The notes under the pieces are model-generated. The model was given only the letters and a program-made list of their open reading frames with translations. It was not told where the DNA came from and ran no database searches. From NCBI GenBank assembly GCA_934098745.1, contig CAKOPG010000004.1, positions 10,561 through 74,560 of the forward strand: a DNA stretch of 64,000 nt, written 5' to 3'. Made by a program: the position numbers and the translations under genes. Origin of the DNA: an uncultured Bacilli bacterium. GTDB taxonomy: Bacteria > Bacillota_I > Bacilli_A > RF39 > UBA660. Position 1 is the stretch's first letter. Each line of letters starts with the position of its first letter. Positions 13,592-22,723 of this stretch are shown here, in pieces.

Positions 13592-13668
13592 TGGTAGCGA
13601 CAGGGAAATTCGAACCCTTGACCTTTCATGTATGAACCGAACGCTCTAACTAGTTGAGATATATCATT
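13592..13668 (-). pseudogene. decayed duplicate of the tRNA-Met(CAT) unit
   Basis: Same length and flanks as 13088..13164, and it keeps the TTCATAC loop and GGTTCGAAT. Pairing is broken in the acceptor, D, anticodon (2 of 5 pairs lost) and T stems. Confidence 0.7.
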
Positions 13669-13864
13669 ACCTTTATCAAGCATTATTAATATATCATAAA
13701 ATTTTATATTAAATGACTAATTATTACAAGCATTTTTTCAAAAATATCTCCTCCATATAAAATACTATAATTAAAAATTAAAAAAATGAAAAATTTAATG
13801 TTGAATTTAACAATTTTTTACTATTTTGTGTTATACTTTATATATAGAATAAGGAGGCTTTAAC

Positions 13865-14227
13865 ATGACTAACAAACTTGAATTTTTAAAAAAATATGGT
13901 GTTGACGTTGAAAAAGGATTAGAAAACACCATGGATGAAGAAACATATAATGAAATATTAAATGATTATTTCAACGAACTTCCTGAAATGATAAATAAAC
14001 TTGCTAGCTATCTTACCAATAATGACATGAATAATTATGCTATTACAGTCCACGCCCTAAAAAGTAACTCAAGAACTCTTGGTTTCACTTCTTTCGGGGA
14101 ACGTTGTTATAAACATGAAATGGAAAGTAAAGCTAATAATGTTGAATTTATCAAAGCAGAGTTTAATAATTTAGTAAATAATGCTAAGAATGTTTATGCT
14201 ATTATCAAAGCATATAAATCTTTATAG
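13865..14227 (+). CDS. histidine phosphotransfer (Hpt) domain protein
   Basis: 120 aa, AAGGAGG RBS. Phospho-His motif VHALKSNSRTLGF. Confidence 0.8.
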   Translation: MTNKLEFLKKYGVDVEKGLENTMDEETYNEILNDYFNELPEMINKLASYLTNNDMNNYAITVHALKSNSRTLGFTSFGERCYKHEMESKANNVEFIKAEFNNLVNNAKNVYAIIKAYKSL

Positions 14228-14236
14228 GAGGTAAAC

Positions 14237-15868
14237 ATGAATAATGTTGGAAAATTAATACAGAAAATTCTCTTAAATAAATTTAACAATGCCTATATCA
14301 TTGACGTAATGAATGATAAAGTATATATTTATGAATTCAAAAATGATACAATTATAAATACCAAAAATACTAGTTATTCCGATTTTATCTCATCTCTAAG
14401 TGCAATTTTAAATAGTAATGATTTAAAAGAACTTACTAGTAACTTATCTCTTCAACATTTAGAAGAATTATCCCACAGTAGCAAAGATAAAATAAATCAA
14501 GTAATAGAGAAAAAGACCGAAACTGGTGAAATAAAAAAATATATTTTAGACATCTCATTAATAGATTTTGAGAAAAATAAAATAATTGTTGTTATGGAAG
14601 AAGAAAGTGACTCTACCACAGATACATCCAATGATAAAAATAATAATGAAATAAAAATCCATGAAATGATTGATACTATTTCTGACTCTCTTTTAAAAAT
14701 TTATAATATTTTTAATAATAGCAATAATAGCGAAGAAGTAAAAAACATTGGTAATTATATTAATACAATATTATCAGATTTAACTAACAGCTATCCAGAA
14801 TTTAATAAAAGTTTTAAAGAAAATGCTATATCATTGAGCAGTTTAGGAACGCCATCCTTATTAATTGTTGATGATGACATGATTACCAGAAATTTGCTTA
14901 AGAAAATATTTGCTGATGATTATAATATTAAAATAGCTACAAATGGCGAAGAAGCAATTAAAATACTAGAAGAGAATAATAACAAAAGTATGTTTGAAAC
15001 CCGTGACAATATTGTCGGAATCTTCCTAGATCTAATAATGCCTGTTATGGATGGCTTTGCCGTTTTAGACTATCTAAATAAAAATAGTTACCTAAATAAA
15101 ATACCAGTAGCTATTATTAGTGGAGATTATTCTAAAGAAACAAGAAATAAAGTATATAGTTATCATATTGCTGATATGTTAGAAAAACCATTTAATACAG
15201 AAATTATCAAGCATCGTATTAACAATTTAGTTAATCTGTATAAATCAAGTAATTCCTTAAATGAAATGATTCTTAACCAATACTCAGACTTAAAGAATAT
15301 TATAGATACTATAATCAGTGCATACAAATACGACTATCAAAAAAATATTGAAAATGTCAAAAAATATACCGAAATAATTGGCTTAGATGTTATGAACAAT
15401 TACAAAGAATATAATTTAGATGAACTAAAAATTAGTAAGATGAAAGAAGCCTCTTGTTATTATGATATTGGTTATTATGCTATTCCAAGAGTTATATATA
15501 GCAAAGATACTAACTTTACCAAAGAAGAAACAGATATTATCAAAAATTACCCAATTATTGGTTCTAAAATAATTAAATATGGTCTTAAAAATAATGGCGA
15601 TAGTATTTTTACAGATTACGCTTATGAAATTACTAAGTATTATCATGAAAGATATGATGGCAGTGGCTATCCAGAAGGCCTATCCAAAGATAAAATTCCT
15701 ATAAGCGCCAGCATAGTTTCCTTAGCTGTAGAATATAACAATCTCTTAAATACATACAATAACAATAATGATATTATAAATACAATCATCAGTAAAAGTG
15801 GTAGTAAATTTAATCCCAAAGTTATCGAAAGCTTTAAAAGAGTTTATCCAAATCTTTCAAATAAGTAA
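14237..15868 (+). CDS. response regulator: unknown N-domain + receiver + degenerate HD-GYP domain
   Basis: Receiver [12 protein letters not shown] ... [11 protein letters not shown]-terminal [14 protein letters not shown] (GYP motif), but the HDIGK position reads YDIGY. Confidence 0.8.
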   Translation: MNNVGKLIQKILLNKFNNAYIIDVMNDKVYIYEFKNDTIINTKNTSYSDFISSLSAILNSNDLKELTSNLSLQHLEELSHSSKDKINQVIEKKTETGEIKKYILDISLIDFEKNKIIVVMEEESDSTTDTSNDKNNNEIKIHEMIDTISDSLLKIYNIFNNSNNSEEVKNIGNYINTILSDLTNSYPEFNKSFKENAISLSSLGTPSLLIVDDDMITRNLLKKIFADDYNIKIATNGEEAIKILEENNNKSMFETRDNIVGIFLDLIMPVMDGFAVLDYLNKNSYLNKIPVAIISGDYSKETRNKVYSYHIADMLEKPFNTEIIKHRINNLVNLYKSSNSLNEMILNQYSDLKNIIDTIISAYKYDYQKNIENVKKYTEIIGLDVMNNYKEYNLDELKISKMKEASCYYDIGYYAIPRVIYSKDTNFTKEETDIIKNYPIIGSKIIKYGLKNNGDSIFTDYAYEITKYYHERYDGSGYPEGLSKDKIPISASIVSLAVEYNNLLNTYNNNNDIINTIISKSGSKFNPKVIESFKRVYPNLSNK

Positions 15869-15879
15869 GGGTTGATTTT

Positions 15880-17751
15880 ATGTTCAATAGTATATCTATT
15901 CAAATATGTAGTTTAACTTACGTTATCATGCTTATTATTGTCTATCTTTATAAAAGAAAGTATGATTCATTAGAAAACCGCACGTATAAACATTTACTTA
16001 TTAATACTATATTTATTTTAATATTAGATTTAATGTCTATCTTTATAATTAAAAATCATCTTGATTATACATCCATAAGTAAAATTTTTATCAAAGGCTT
16101 TTTATGTTTAGTAATGCTTTGGTTTTTGCTGTTTTTTCTATATATTATTCTAAGCCAATATCAAGAAAACGTTAGCAAATTCAAAGAAATATTCAAGAAA
16201 AAGGCCGGCATTAAATTATGGACAGTTTTATTAACTATAACTATGGGGATAGTAATTTATTTACCATTAAAATATTCATCTAATCCAATATATATATATG
16301 GACCAGCTTTTAATTTTACTTATTATATTAGCATGATTTTGTTTATCACCGATGTTATCATTCTTATAGTTAGCAAAAATAAAATAAGCAACAGTAGAAA
16401 AATAACATTATTAATATTTATTTTAATAATTTCTATAGTATATTCACTTCAATTCATTTATAATGATTTACTACTTATAAGTAGTGTTTTAGCACTAATA
16501 ACAGTATTTATGTATTTTATCTTAGTTAACCCCGACATACGCTATATAGATGAATTAAATGAGTTACGTGAGGCAGCCGAAAGTGCTAACAAAGCCAAAA
16601 CAGAATTCTTAGCCAGTATGTCCCACGAAATAAGAACCCCTATGAATGCCATCATAGGACTTACTGATTCTGCTTTGACCAACGATTTACCAAATAGCGT
16701 TCGTGAAGATATTAAAAACATCAACAACGCTGGTCAAATTCTATTAGAGATTATTAACAATATTCTAGATATATCAAAAATAGAAGAAGGAAAAATGGAA
16801 CTAGTTAATGCTCCATATAACATTTCCAATATTGTTCAAGAATTATCTAATATCGTTATCGTAAGAATAGGGGAAAAGCCAATTAGATTTAATACCAATA
16901 TTGATTCAAATATTCCATGTAAATTATATGGCGATGAAACGAAAATTTTTCAGATATGTCTAAATCTTTTGAATAATGCAGCTAAATATACTGATAAAGG
17001 AGAAATAACTCTAAGTATTACCAGTAGAGCATTCAGTGACATAGCATATTTAACAATTAGTGTCAAAGATACTGGTAAAGGCATAAAGAAAGAAGACTAT
17101 GATAAATTATTCGAAAAATTCACTCGTCTAGACAAACAAGCTAATCAGACAATTGAAGGTACAGGTTTAGGCTTGGTAATTACCAAAGAAATGGTGCAAC
17201 TTATGAATGGTAAAATTAGTTTTACCAGTGAATATGGTAGGGGATCAACATTTAACGTTATGATACCCCAGAAAATAATAGATAGTAAGCCAATTGGCGT
17301 TATTAATGATTTTGATTTAAAAGAAAAAGAAATTACTTACTTCAACGGTTCAAACTATAAAATACTAGTAGTAGATGATAATAAATTAAACCTTAAAGTA
17401 GCCGAAAAATTGCTAAGACCATATAACTTTCAAGTTACTACCGTTACTAGTGGTTTAGCTTGCTTAAATTATACTAAAAAAACTAAATATGATTTAATTT
17501 TTCTAGATCACATGATGCCAGAAATGGATGGTATTCAAACATTAAAATACTTAAAACAAAGAGTAGATTTTGTTAATACCCCAATTGTAGCATTAACTGC
17601 AAATGCCATTTCCGGAATGAAAGAAATGTATTTAAAAGAAGGTTTTGATGATTATTTATCTAAACCAATTGATCAAGTAAAATTAAATGAAGTCTTAAAA
17701 AGAAACTTAAAAATAGAGGAAAGTAATCCTCAAAATAACAAAATGGAATAG
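15880..17751 (+). CDS. hybrid sensor histidine kinase (multi-TM sensor, HisKA, HATPase, C-terminal receiver)
   Basis: H-box [13 protein letters not shown]; G-boxes [19 protein letters not shown]; receiver [13 protein letters not shown] ... [14 protein letters not shown]. About six N-terminal TM helices. Confidence 0.9.
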   Translation: MFNSISIQICSLTYVIMLIIVYLYKRKYDSLENRTYKHLLINTIFILILDLMSIFIIKNHLDYTSISKIFIKGFLCLVMLWFLLFFLYIILSQYQENVSKFKEIFKKKAGIKLWTVLLTITMGIVIYLPLKYSSNPIYIYGPAFNFTYYISMILFITDVIILIVSKNKISNSRKITLLIFILIISIVYSLQFIYNDLLLISSVLALITVFMYFILVNPDIRYIDELNELREAAESANKAKTEFLASMSHEIRTPMNAIIGLTDSALTNDLPNSVREDIKNINNAGQILLEIINNILDISKIEEGKMELVNAPYNISNIVQELSNIVIVRIGEKPIRFNTNIDSNIPCKLYGDETKIFQICLNLLNNAAKYTDKGEITLSITSRAFSDIAYLTISVKDTGKGIKKEDYDKLFEKFTRLDKQANQTIEGTGLGLVITKEMVQLMNGKISFTSEYGRGSTFNVMIPQKIIDSKPIGVINDFDLKEKEITYFNGSNYKILVVDDNKLNLKVAEKLLRPYNFQVTTVTSGLACLNYTKKTKYDLIFLDHMMPEMDGIQTLKYLKQRVDFVNTPIVALTANAISGMKEMYLKEGFDDYLSKPIDQVKLNEVLKRNLKIEESNPQNNKME

Positions 17752-17775
17752 TGATAATCACTATTCTTTTTATTA
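17746..17775 (+). terminator. terminator after hybrid kinase
   Basis: GAATAGTGAT / ATCACTATTC inverted repeat followed by TTTTTATT. Confidence 0.7.
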
Positions 17776-17838
17776 TTAAATTTCTTGACAATTATTTAAA
17801 AAGTGTTATTATAATAGAAAAATGATTAAGGAGGAATT

Positions 17839-18312
17839 ATGTTAAATAATTCAAATGACAAAAAATTTATTGCCACCATAAAATATCTTAAAGAGTTAAA
17901 TCAAGCATCAAAAAAATCTGAAGATTTTCTAACACCCGAGGAACAACTAATAACAATTATTAAAAATGCAATTGTTTCATCGCCAGATAATGCTGGTAGT
18001 ATATTTTTTAAAACTACCAAAGAAGGAAAATTAGTTGTCAGTAGTGTCCAACCTCACAGTTATAACTGGCCCTTAAAAAATAAAATTATTGATCTCGACA
18101 CAGTTTTATCAACTTGTGAAAAACTAGGCATTTCATGGCAATTAAAACCTCGAGAAATATACGCCTTTGAAAGAAACAATGAAGAAACAACCATTCTAGA
18201 TGAATTTGGTAATCCGGTAGTCAAAGTTGATACAGAACTATTATTTGGTATTGATATCAAAAATTATAAATCAACCATTAAAATTAGAAAAAAAGCAAAA
18301 AACAAAGAGTAG
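17839..18312 (+). CDS. hypothetical protein
   Basis: 157-aa ORF with AAGGAGG RBS; no recognisable motif. Confidence 0.7.
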   Translation: MLNNSNDKKFIATIKYLKELNQASKKSEDFLTPEEQLITIIKNAIVSSPDNAGSIFFKTTKEGKLVVSSVQPHSYNWPLKNKIIDLDTVLSTCEKLGISWQLKPREIYAFERNNEETTILDEFGNPVVKVDTELLFGIDIKNYKSTIKIRKKAKNKE

Positions 18313-18331
18313 TTTTCAAAGCACTACTCTT
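18305..18331. terminator. bidirectional hairpin between convergent genes
   Basis: AAGAGTAGT ... ACTACTCTT 9-bp stem spanning both stop codons. Confidence 0.55.
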
Positions 18332-19869
18332 TAACTATTATAAGAAACACTAACACTATATTGTGAATTATCAATATTAGCCAATTTTTCAAAAAAAGCA
18401 AAATCATCATCTTCATACAAAATTTTATAATTGTTATCTTTATCCAAAATATCAAATAATTGACTATCATTTTTATATATCAAAACATGTGTTATTTGAT
18501 AAAATTCAAACCTTTCACGATAATTACTAACTATATACTCATAATCATCAAAAATATCGTAATCAAATCCGCTAAATTGTTTTGTATATAAATCAGCTCT
18601 TGAATCAATAAAAACAGGGATATTATTAAATAGAAGATAACTTCCAAAATTATAATCATTAAATATTTTAGCTTTACCCAAATCGACATTATCTAAAATA
18701 TATTTAGTAGCGTCTACCGGGTAAAAAGATTTATCGACAAAATCATTTTTTGATTGCCTATAAAACAGAAATCCCGAAAATAACAAAACAGCAACGAATG
18801 AAACCCCAATAGCTATTTTTTTATTAAAGAAATTTATAATTGTTTCTTCTTTTAAAATATTAGGCTTTTTTACAAAATCAGAAAATACTCTGGCATAATA
18901 AATTGTCCCAATTAAAGCCAGTAAAGACATGTGCCTAATAGAAACAATAGACATTAAAGTAAGGCCTAATACCATAAAAATATCTCTTAACCTAGGTTTT
19001 GTAAATATTGCTAAAAATAAAGTTTCAAAAACAATAATAATGGTAAAAGGACTGTCCTTCCATGACATCATCTGATGTTCTGATATATATTCTTGAGAAT
19101 TACCCATCATTGTCTTAATTAAATAAGTATATGGTGTATCACCAATTGGCGTAATCAATCCCGTTACTAAACTAAAAGCCATAATTATTAATAAATATTT
19201 TACAAACTTATCTTCATCAGTTACAATTTTTTTTTCGAGCAAATTTCCTAAAAATTTCCACTTAGTACCTAACCAAACAATTAAAGCTTCAGCCAAATAT
19301 GGTAAGTAAATAATAAAATAAAATGGCCATACAGCAACATGTATGTTACATAATACAAGAGATATTAATAACAATCCATATACATATATTTTTTTCTTAT
19401 TCTTTAAAAATGATTCAATAAATTCAATTTCTAAAGCAAATAAAATAAAACTAACAAGTTGTGCTCTAGCAGTTACAAATCCACTCAAAGAAAGTGCACA
19501 AATAAAGGTAGCAAAAGCCGCTATTCCTAGATTATGACAAATTTTTTGATTAACTTTAAAAATAATCCATAAAAGAATTATAAACAATATAATTGAAGAA
19601 ATATAAATACCAGTAAAACCAAAAAAATGATATATTACATATATAAACACATCGTATAACCAGTGAGGATAAGTATATGCTAATCCCGTATGAAAAGAAA
19701 AATGATCCATCATATCAATTCCACTATTAGTAATTAATTCACCAATCTTTATCGTATAAAAAGTATCATTTTGAAATCCTTTTTTTACCAATCCTATTGC
19801 TAAAATAGTTATCCATATAATAAATAAATTTTTAAATACTTTTTTCTTTTTTTCCACTACCATCACCAC
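18331..19869 (-). CDS. large polytopic membrane protein, possibly a GT-C-type glycosyltransferase
   Basis: 512 aa with about 11 TM helices plus a C-terminal soluble domain. N-terminal DTFYTIKIGELI..G..MMDHFSF resembles lipid-linked sugar transferases. Function is uncertain. Confidence 0.6.
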   Translation of the reverse strand: MVMVVEKKKKVFKNLFIIWITILAIGLVKKGFQNDTFYTIKIGELITNSGIDMMDHFSFHTGLAYTYPHWLYDVFIYVIYHFFGFTGIYISSIILFIILLWIIFKVNQKICHNLGIAAFATFICALSLSGFVTARAQLVSFILFALEIEFIESFLKNKKKIYVYGLLLISLVLCNIHVAVWPFYFIIYLPYLAEALIVWLGTKWKFLGNLLEKKIVTDEDKFVKYLLIIMAFSLVTGLITPIGDTPYTYLIKTMMGNSQEYISEHQMMSWKDSPFTIIIVFETLFLAIFTKPRLRDIFMVLGLTLMSIVSIRHMSLLALIGTIYYARVFSDFVKKPNILKEETIINFFNKKIAIGVSFVAVLLFSGFLFYRQSKNDFVDKSFYPVDATKYILDNVDLGKAKIFNDYNFGSYLLFNNIPVFIDSRADLYTKQFSGFDYDIFDDYEYIVSNYRERFEFYQITHVLIYKNDSQLFDILDKDNNYKILYEDDDFAFFEKLANIDNSQYSVSVSYNS

Positions 19870-19932
19870 ATTAAATATATCACATAAAAAATATATTTAC
19901 AATTTATTAGACATTTTTATTACACTAAAATT

Positions 19933-19969
19933 AAAAAAACGTTATATTATAAAAAGCGTAAATATAACG
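19933..19969 (-). terminator. terminator of flippase gene
   Basis: Minus strand: CGTTATATT ... AATATAACG 9-bp stem followed by TTTTTTT. Confidence 0.7.
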
Positions 19970-19996
19970 ATTACAAACAATTAAACTAATCAAAAA

Positions 19997-21280
19997 CTAT
20001 CTAGTTAGTGACTTCTTAACATAGTAAATATGTTGTCCTGTTACATATATAATATTAACTAAACTAGCCACAATAAATCCCCATATTCCTATAAAGAATG
20101 GCAAAACTATAAGTAAAACATTCTTAATTATAGCTCCGACTAATGTTCCATACATAGCTTGCTTTGCCATATTTGTGGCCTGTAAATAAGAAGTAAGAGG
20201 TCCTTGAATATAATGCAGTAAAAAGAATGGTGCTATTACCCTAATATAAGTAACTCCTAGTTCAGTATTATAAACAAGTTTTAAAAGCATTCCCGGAATC
20301 AACATATTGATAATTGTAAAAAGCACCCCAATAACCAAAGAAATTCCTATCGCTTGCTTTAATTTTTTCTTAATATAATCATAATTCCTACTAGCATAAT
20401 TATTTGCAATGACCGGTAATAAAGAAGTGGCAATAGCCATAGTAAAGAAAGAGGGAAGCAACAATAATGGATAAACATATCCTGTAATTACTCCATATTC
20501 CAAAGTAATATAACTATTAGTAAAACCTACCTTAAGCATCACAAATGTTAAAATTACCGGTTCTAAAAAATAAGATATTGATCCTATTAATCTACTTCCT
20601 GTAGAAGATAATGAAATATCCATTAAATCCTTAAAAATCATTTTATCAAACTTAAAATCATTTATATTAATCTTTTTATTAGGAATAAACAAAATTAAAC
20701 AAATTATTGAAGAGAATTCACTGATAACATTAATTAGTACAACTCCTACACAGGCAATATTAATTCCATATTCTAATAACTTTGGTATTAAGAAAATAAT
20801 AAATCCAAATCTTACTAACTGTTCTACTATATTAGAAACAACATAAGGTCCCATATTTTCTTTTCCATAAAAATACCCCTTCAAAATACTAGAAAGACAA
20901 ATAAAAGGTAAAGTGAATCCAATAGCCATAATTGGATATTTTGTCATATCATTATTGAGAAGTTTTGTAGCAATAGTTGGTGCTAATAATATTAACAAAA
21001 TCATTAAAATAAAATTATATATTAAACTAACAGGTATAATTGATAAAACAATTTTTTTACTTTTTCCATTCTCTGAAACTAATTTACTAATGGAAGTAGA
21101 TAATGACATAGTACACAAAGTAATAAAAAGATTAAAAGTAGGTAAAACTAGCATATACAAAGAAATGCCATCATCTCCAATACTTCTAGTTAAAAATATT
21201 TTAATGATCATTGCTAGTATTTTAGTAATTAATCCACCAATGATTAAAATAATTGTTGATTTAATAAATTTATTTTTCAT
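19997..21280 (-). CDS. MOP-superfamily flippase (MurJ/SpoVB-like polysaccharide or lipid II flippase)
   Basis: 427 aa with 12+ TM helices. N-terminal KSTIILIIGGLITKILAMIIKIFLTRSIG is typical of this family. Divergent from murC. Confidence 0.6.
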   Translation of the reverse strand: MKNKFIKSTIILIIGGLITKILAMIIKIFLTRSIGDDGISLYMLVLPTFNLFITLCTMSLSTSISKLVSENGKSKKIVLSIIPVSLIYNFILMILLILLAPTIATKLLNNDMTKYPIMAIGFTLPFICLSSILKGYFYGKENMGPYVVSNIVEQLVRFGFIIFLIPKLLEYGINIACVGVVLINVISEFSSIICLILFIPNKKININDFKFDKMIFKDLMDISLSSTGSRLIGSISYFLEPVILTFVMLKVGFTNSYITLEYGVITGYVYPLLLLPSFFTMAIATSLLPVIANNYASRNYDYIKKKLKQAIGISLVIGVLFTIINMLIPGMLLKLVYNTELGVTYIRVIAPFFLLHYIQGPLTSYLQATNMAKQAMYGTLVGAIIKNVLLIVLPFFIGIWGFIVASLVNIIYVTGQHIYYVKKSLTR

Positions 21281-21350
21281 AATAAATTATATGTTTTTAG
21301 TTTATATTTATTTTTAATATGATATAATTAATTAGAAGGAAAGTGATAAC

Positions 21351-22655
21351 ATGTACCATTTTATTGGTATAAAAGGTGCTGGTATGAGTGCCTTAGCCGT
21401 AATTTTAAAACAGTTAGGTCATTCCGTTAAAGGAAGTGATCTTTCCAAACATTTTTTTACTGAGGCCGAATTAATCAATAATGCCATTCCATTTACTGAA
21501 TATAATGAAATGAATATTACTGCAGGTTTAACCATAATTAAAGGAGCATCTATAAAAGAAGATAACATCGAGTTAATTAAAGCCAGAAAGTTAAACTTAG
21601 AAATAATTGAGTATCAAGAAATGTTAGGAAAACTAACCCAAAAATATAAGTCTATATGTATAGCAGGCTGTCATGGAAAAACAACTACAACAGCCATGAC
21701 CGCTCACGTTTTAGATAATGCCATAGGAATTAATTATTTAATAGGTGATGGTACAGGACACGCAAACAAAGAAAATACCTTATTTGCTTTAGAAAGTTGT
21801 GAATACAAGCGTCATTTTTTATCCTATCATCCTTACTATGTTGTTATTTTAAACATTGATTTAGATCATGTCGATTATTATCATGACATTTCTGATATAG
21901 TTAATGCCTATGAAAGTTTTGCAAATTTAACTGAGAAGAAAGTTGTTGCAAATGGTGATGATGAAAATGTCAAAAAAATGAATTTATCAAAGACCCCATT
22001 TCTATTTGGCTTAAATGAAGAAAATAACCTTTATGCTAAAAATATTTCTTACACCAAAGATGGTATTTCTTTTGATGCATTTTTAGAAAAACAATTTTAT
22101 AGTCATTTTGATTTTCCTATATATGGAACCCATCAATTACTTGACTCCCTTGCTGTAATAAGTATTTGCTACCTAGAAGGAATCAATCCCACTATTATAA
22201 ATGAATATTTTAAGACTTTTAAAGGTGCTAAAAGAAGATTTACAGAAACTGTAGTTGGCAATAATATTATTATTGATGATTATGCTCATCACCCAAATGA
22301 AATAAAATCAACAATTAATGCCATCAAACAAAAATATCCTGATAAATTAATTATCTCCATTTTTCAACCACACACTTTTTCCAGAACAAAAGAATTTGCT
22401 AAAGAAATAGCTGAGGCTTTAGGAAATACTGATGCTTCTTACATCATGAAAATTCATCCAGCTCGTGAAAAACAAGAACAATTTCCTGATGTTACTAACA
22501 ATATAATTATTTCTAAGATGAATAAAGCTTATCCAATAGAAATAACTGATGCCCTTGTTTTAGATAAGTATGATAATGCCGTCTTCATATTTATGTCACC
22601 AAATGATTTAAGTAAACTAGAAGAAGATTTAATAAAGTTAAAAGAAAAAAAATAA
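21351..22655 (+). CDS. murC: UDP-N-acetylmuramate--L-alanine ligase
   Basis: MYHFIGIKGAGMSALA, GCHGKTTTTAM, DDYAHHPNEI. Confidence 0.93.
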   Translation: MYHFIGIKGAGMSALAVILKQLGHSVKGSDLSKHFFTEAELINNAIPFTEYNEMNITAGLTIIKGASIKEDNIELIKARKLNLEIIEYQEMLGKLTQKYKSICIAGCHGKTTTTAMTAHVLDNAIGINYLIGDGTGHANKENTLFALESCEYKRHFLSYHPYYVVILNIDLDHVDYYHDISDIVNAYESFANLTEKKVVANGDDENVKKMNLSKTPFLFGLNEENNLYAKNISYTKDGISFDAFLEKQFYSHFDFPIYGTHQLLDSLAVISICYLEGINPTIINEYFKTFKGAKRRFTETVVGNNIIIDDYAHHPNEIKSTINAIKQKYPDKLIISIFQPHTFSRTKEFAKEIAEALGNTDASYIMKIHPAREKQEQFPDVTNNIIISKMNKAYPIEITDALVLDKYDNAVFIFMSPNDLSKLEEDLIKLKEKK

Positions 22656-22658
22656 AAA

Positions 22659-22690
22659 AGTTTTACGAAAAAAAAGTAAAACTCTTTTTT
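22659..22690 (+). terminator. murC terminator
   Basis: AGTTTTAC ... GTAAAACT stem followed by CTTTTTT. Confidence 0.7.
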
Positions 22691-22723
22691 ATTTACGAAC
22701 AATATTAATGAGGAGGTGAGAAT

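Noticed and set aside
13492-13683. 63-aa minus-strand ORF.
   Set aside because: It is translated straight through the tRNA-like pseudogene; not credible as coding.
20913-21317. 134-aa plus-strand ORF.
   Set aside because: Antisense to the N-terminal part of the MOP flippase. The flippase reading is supported by length and TM topology.
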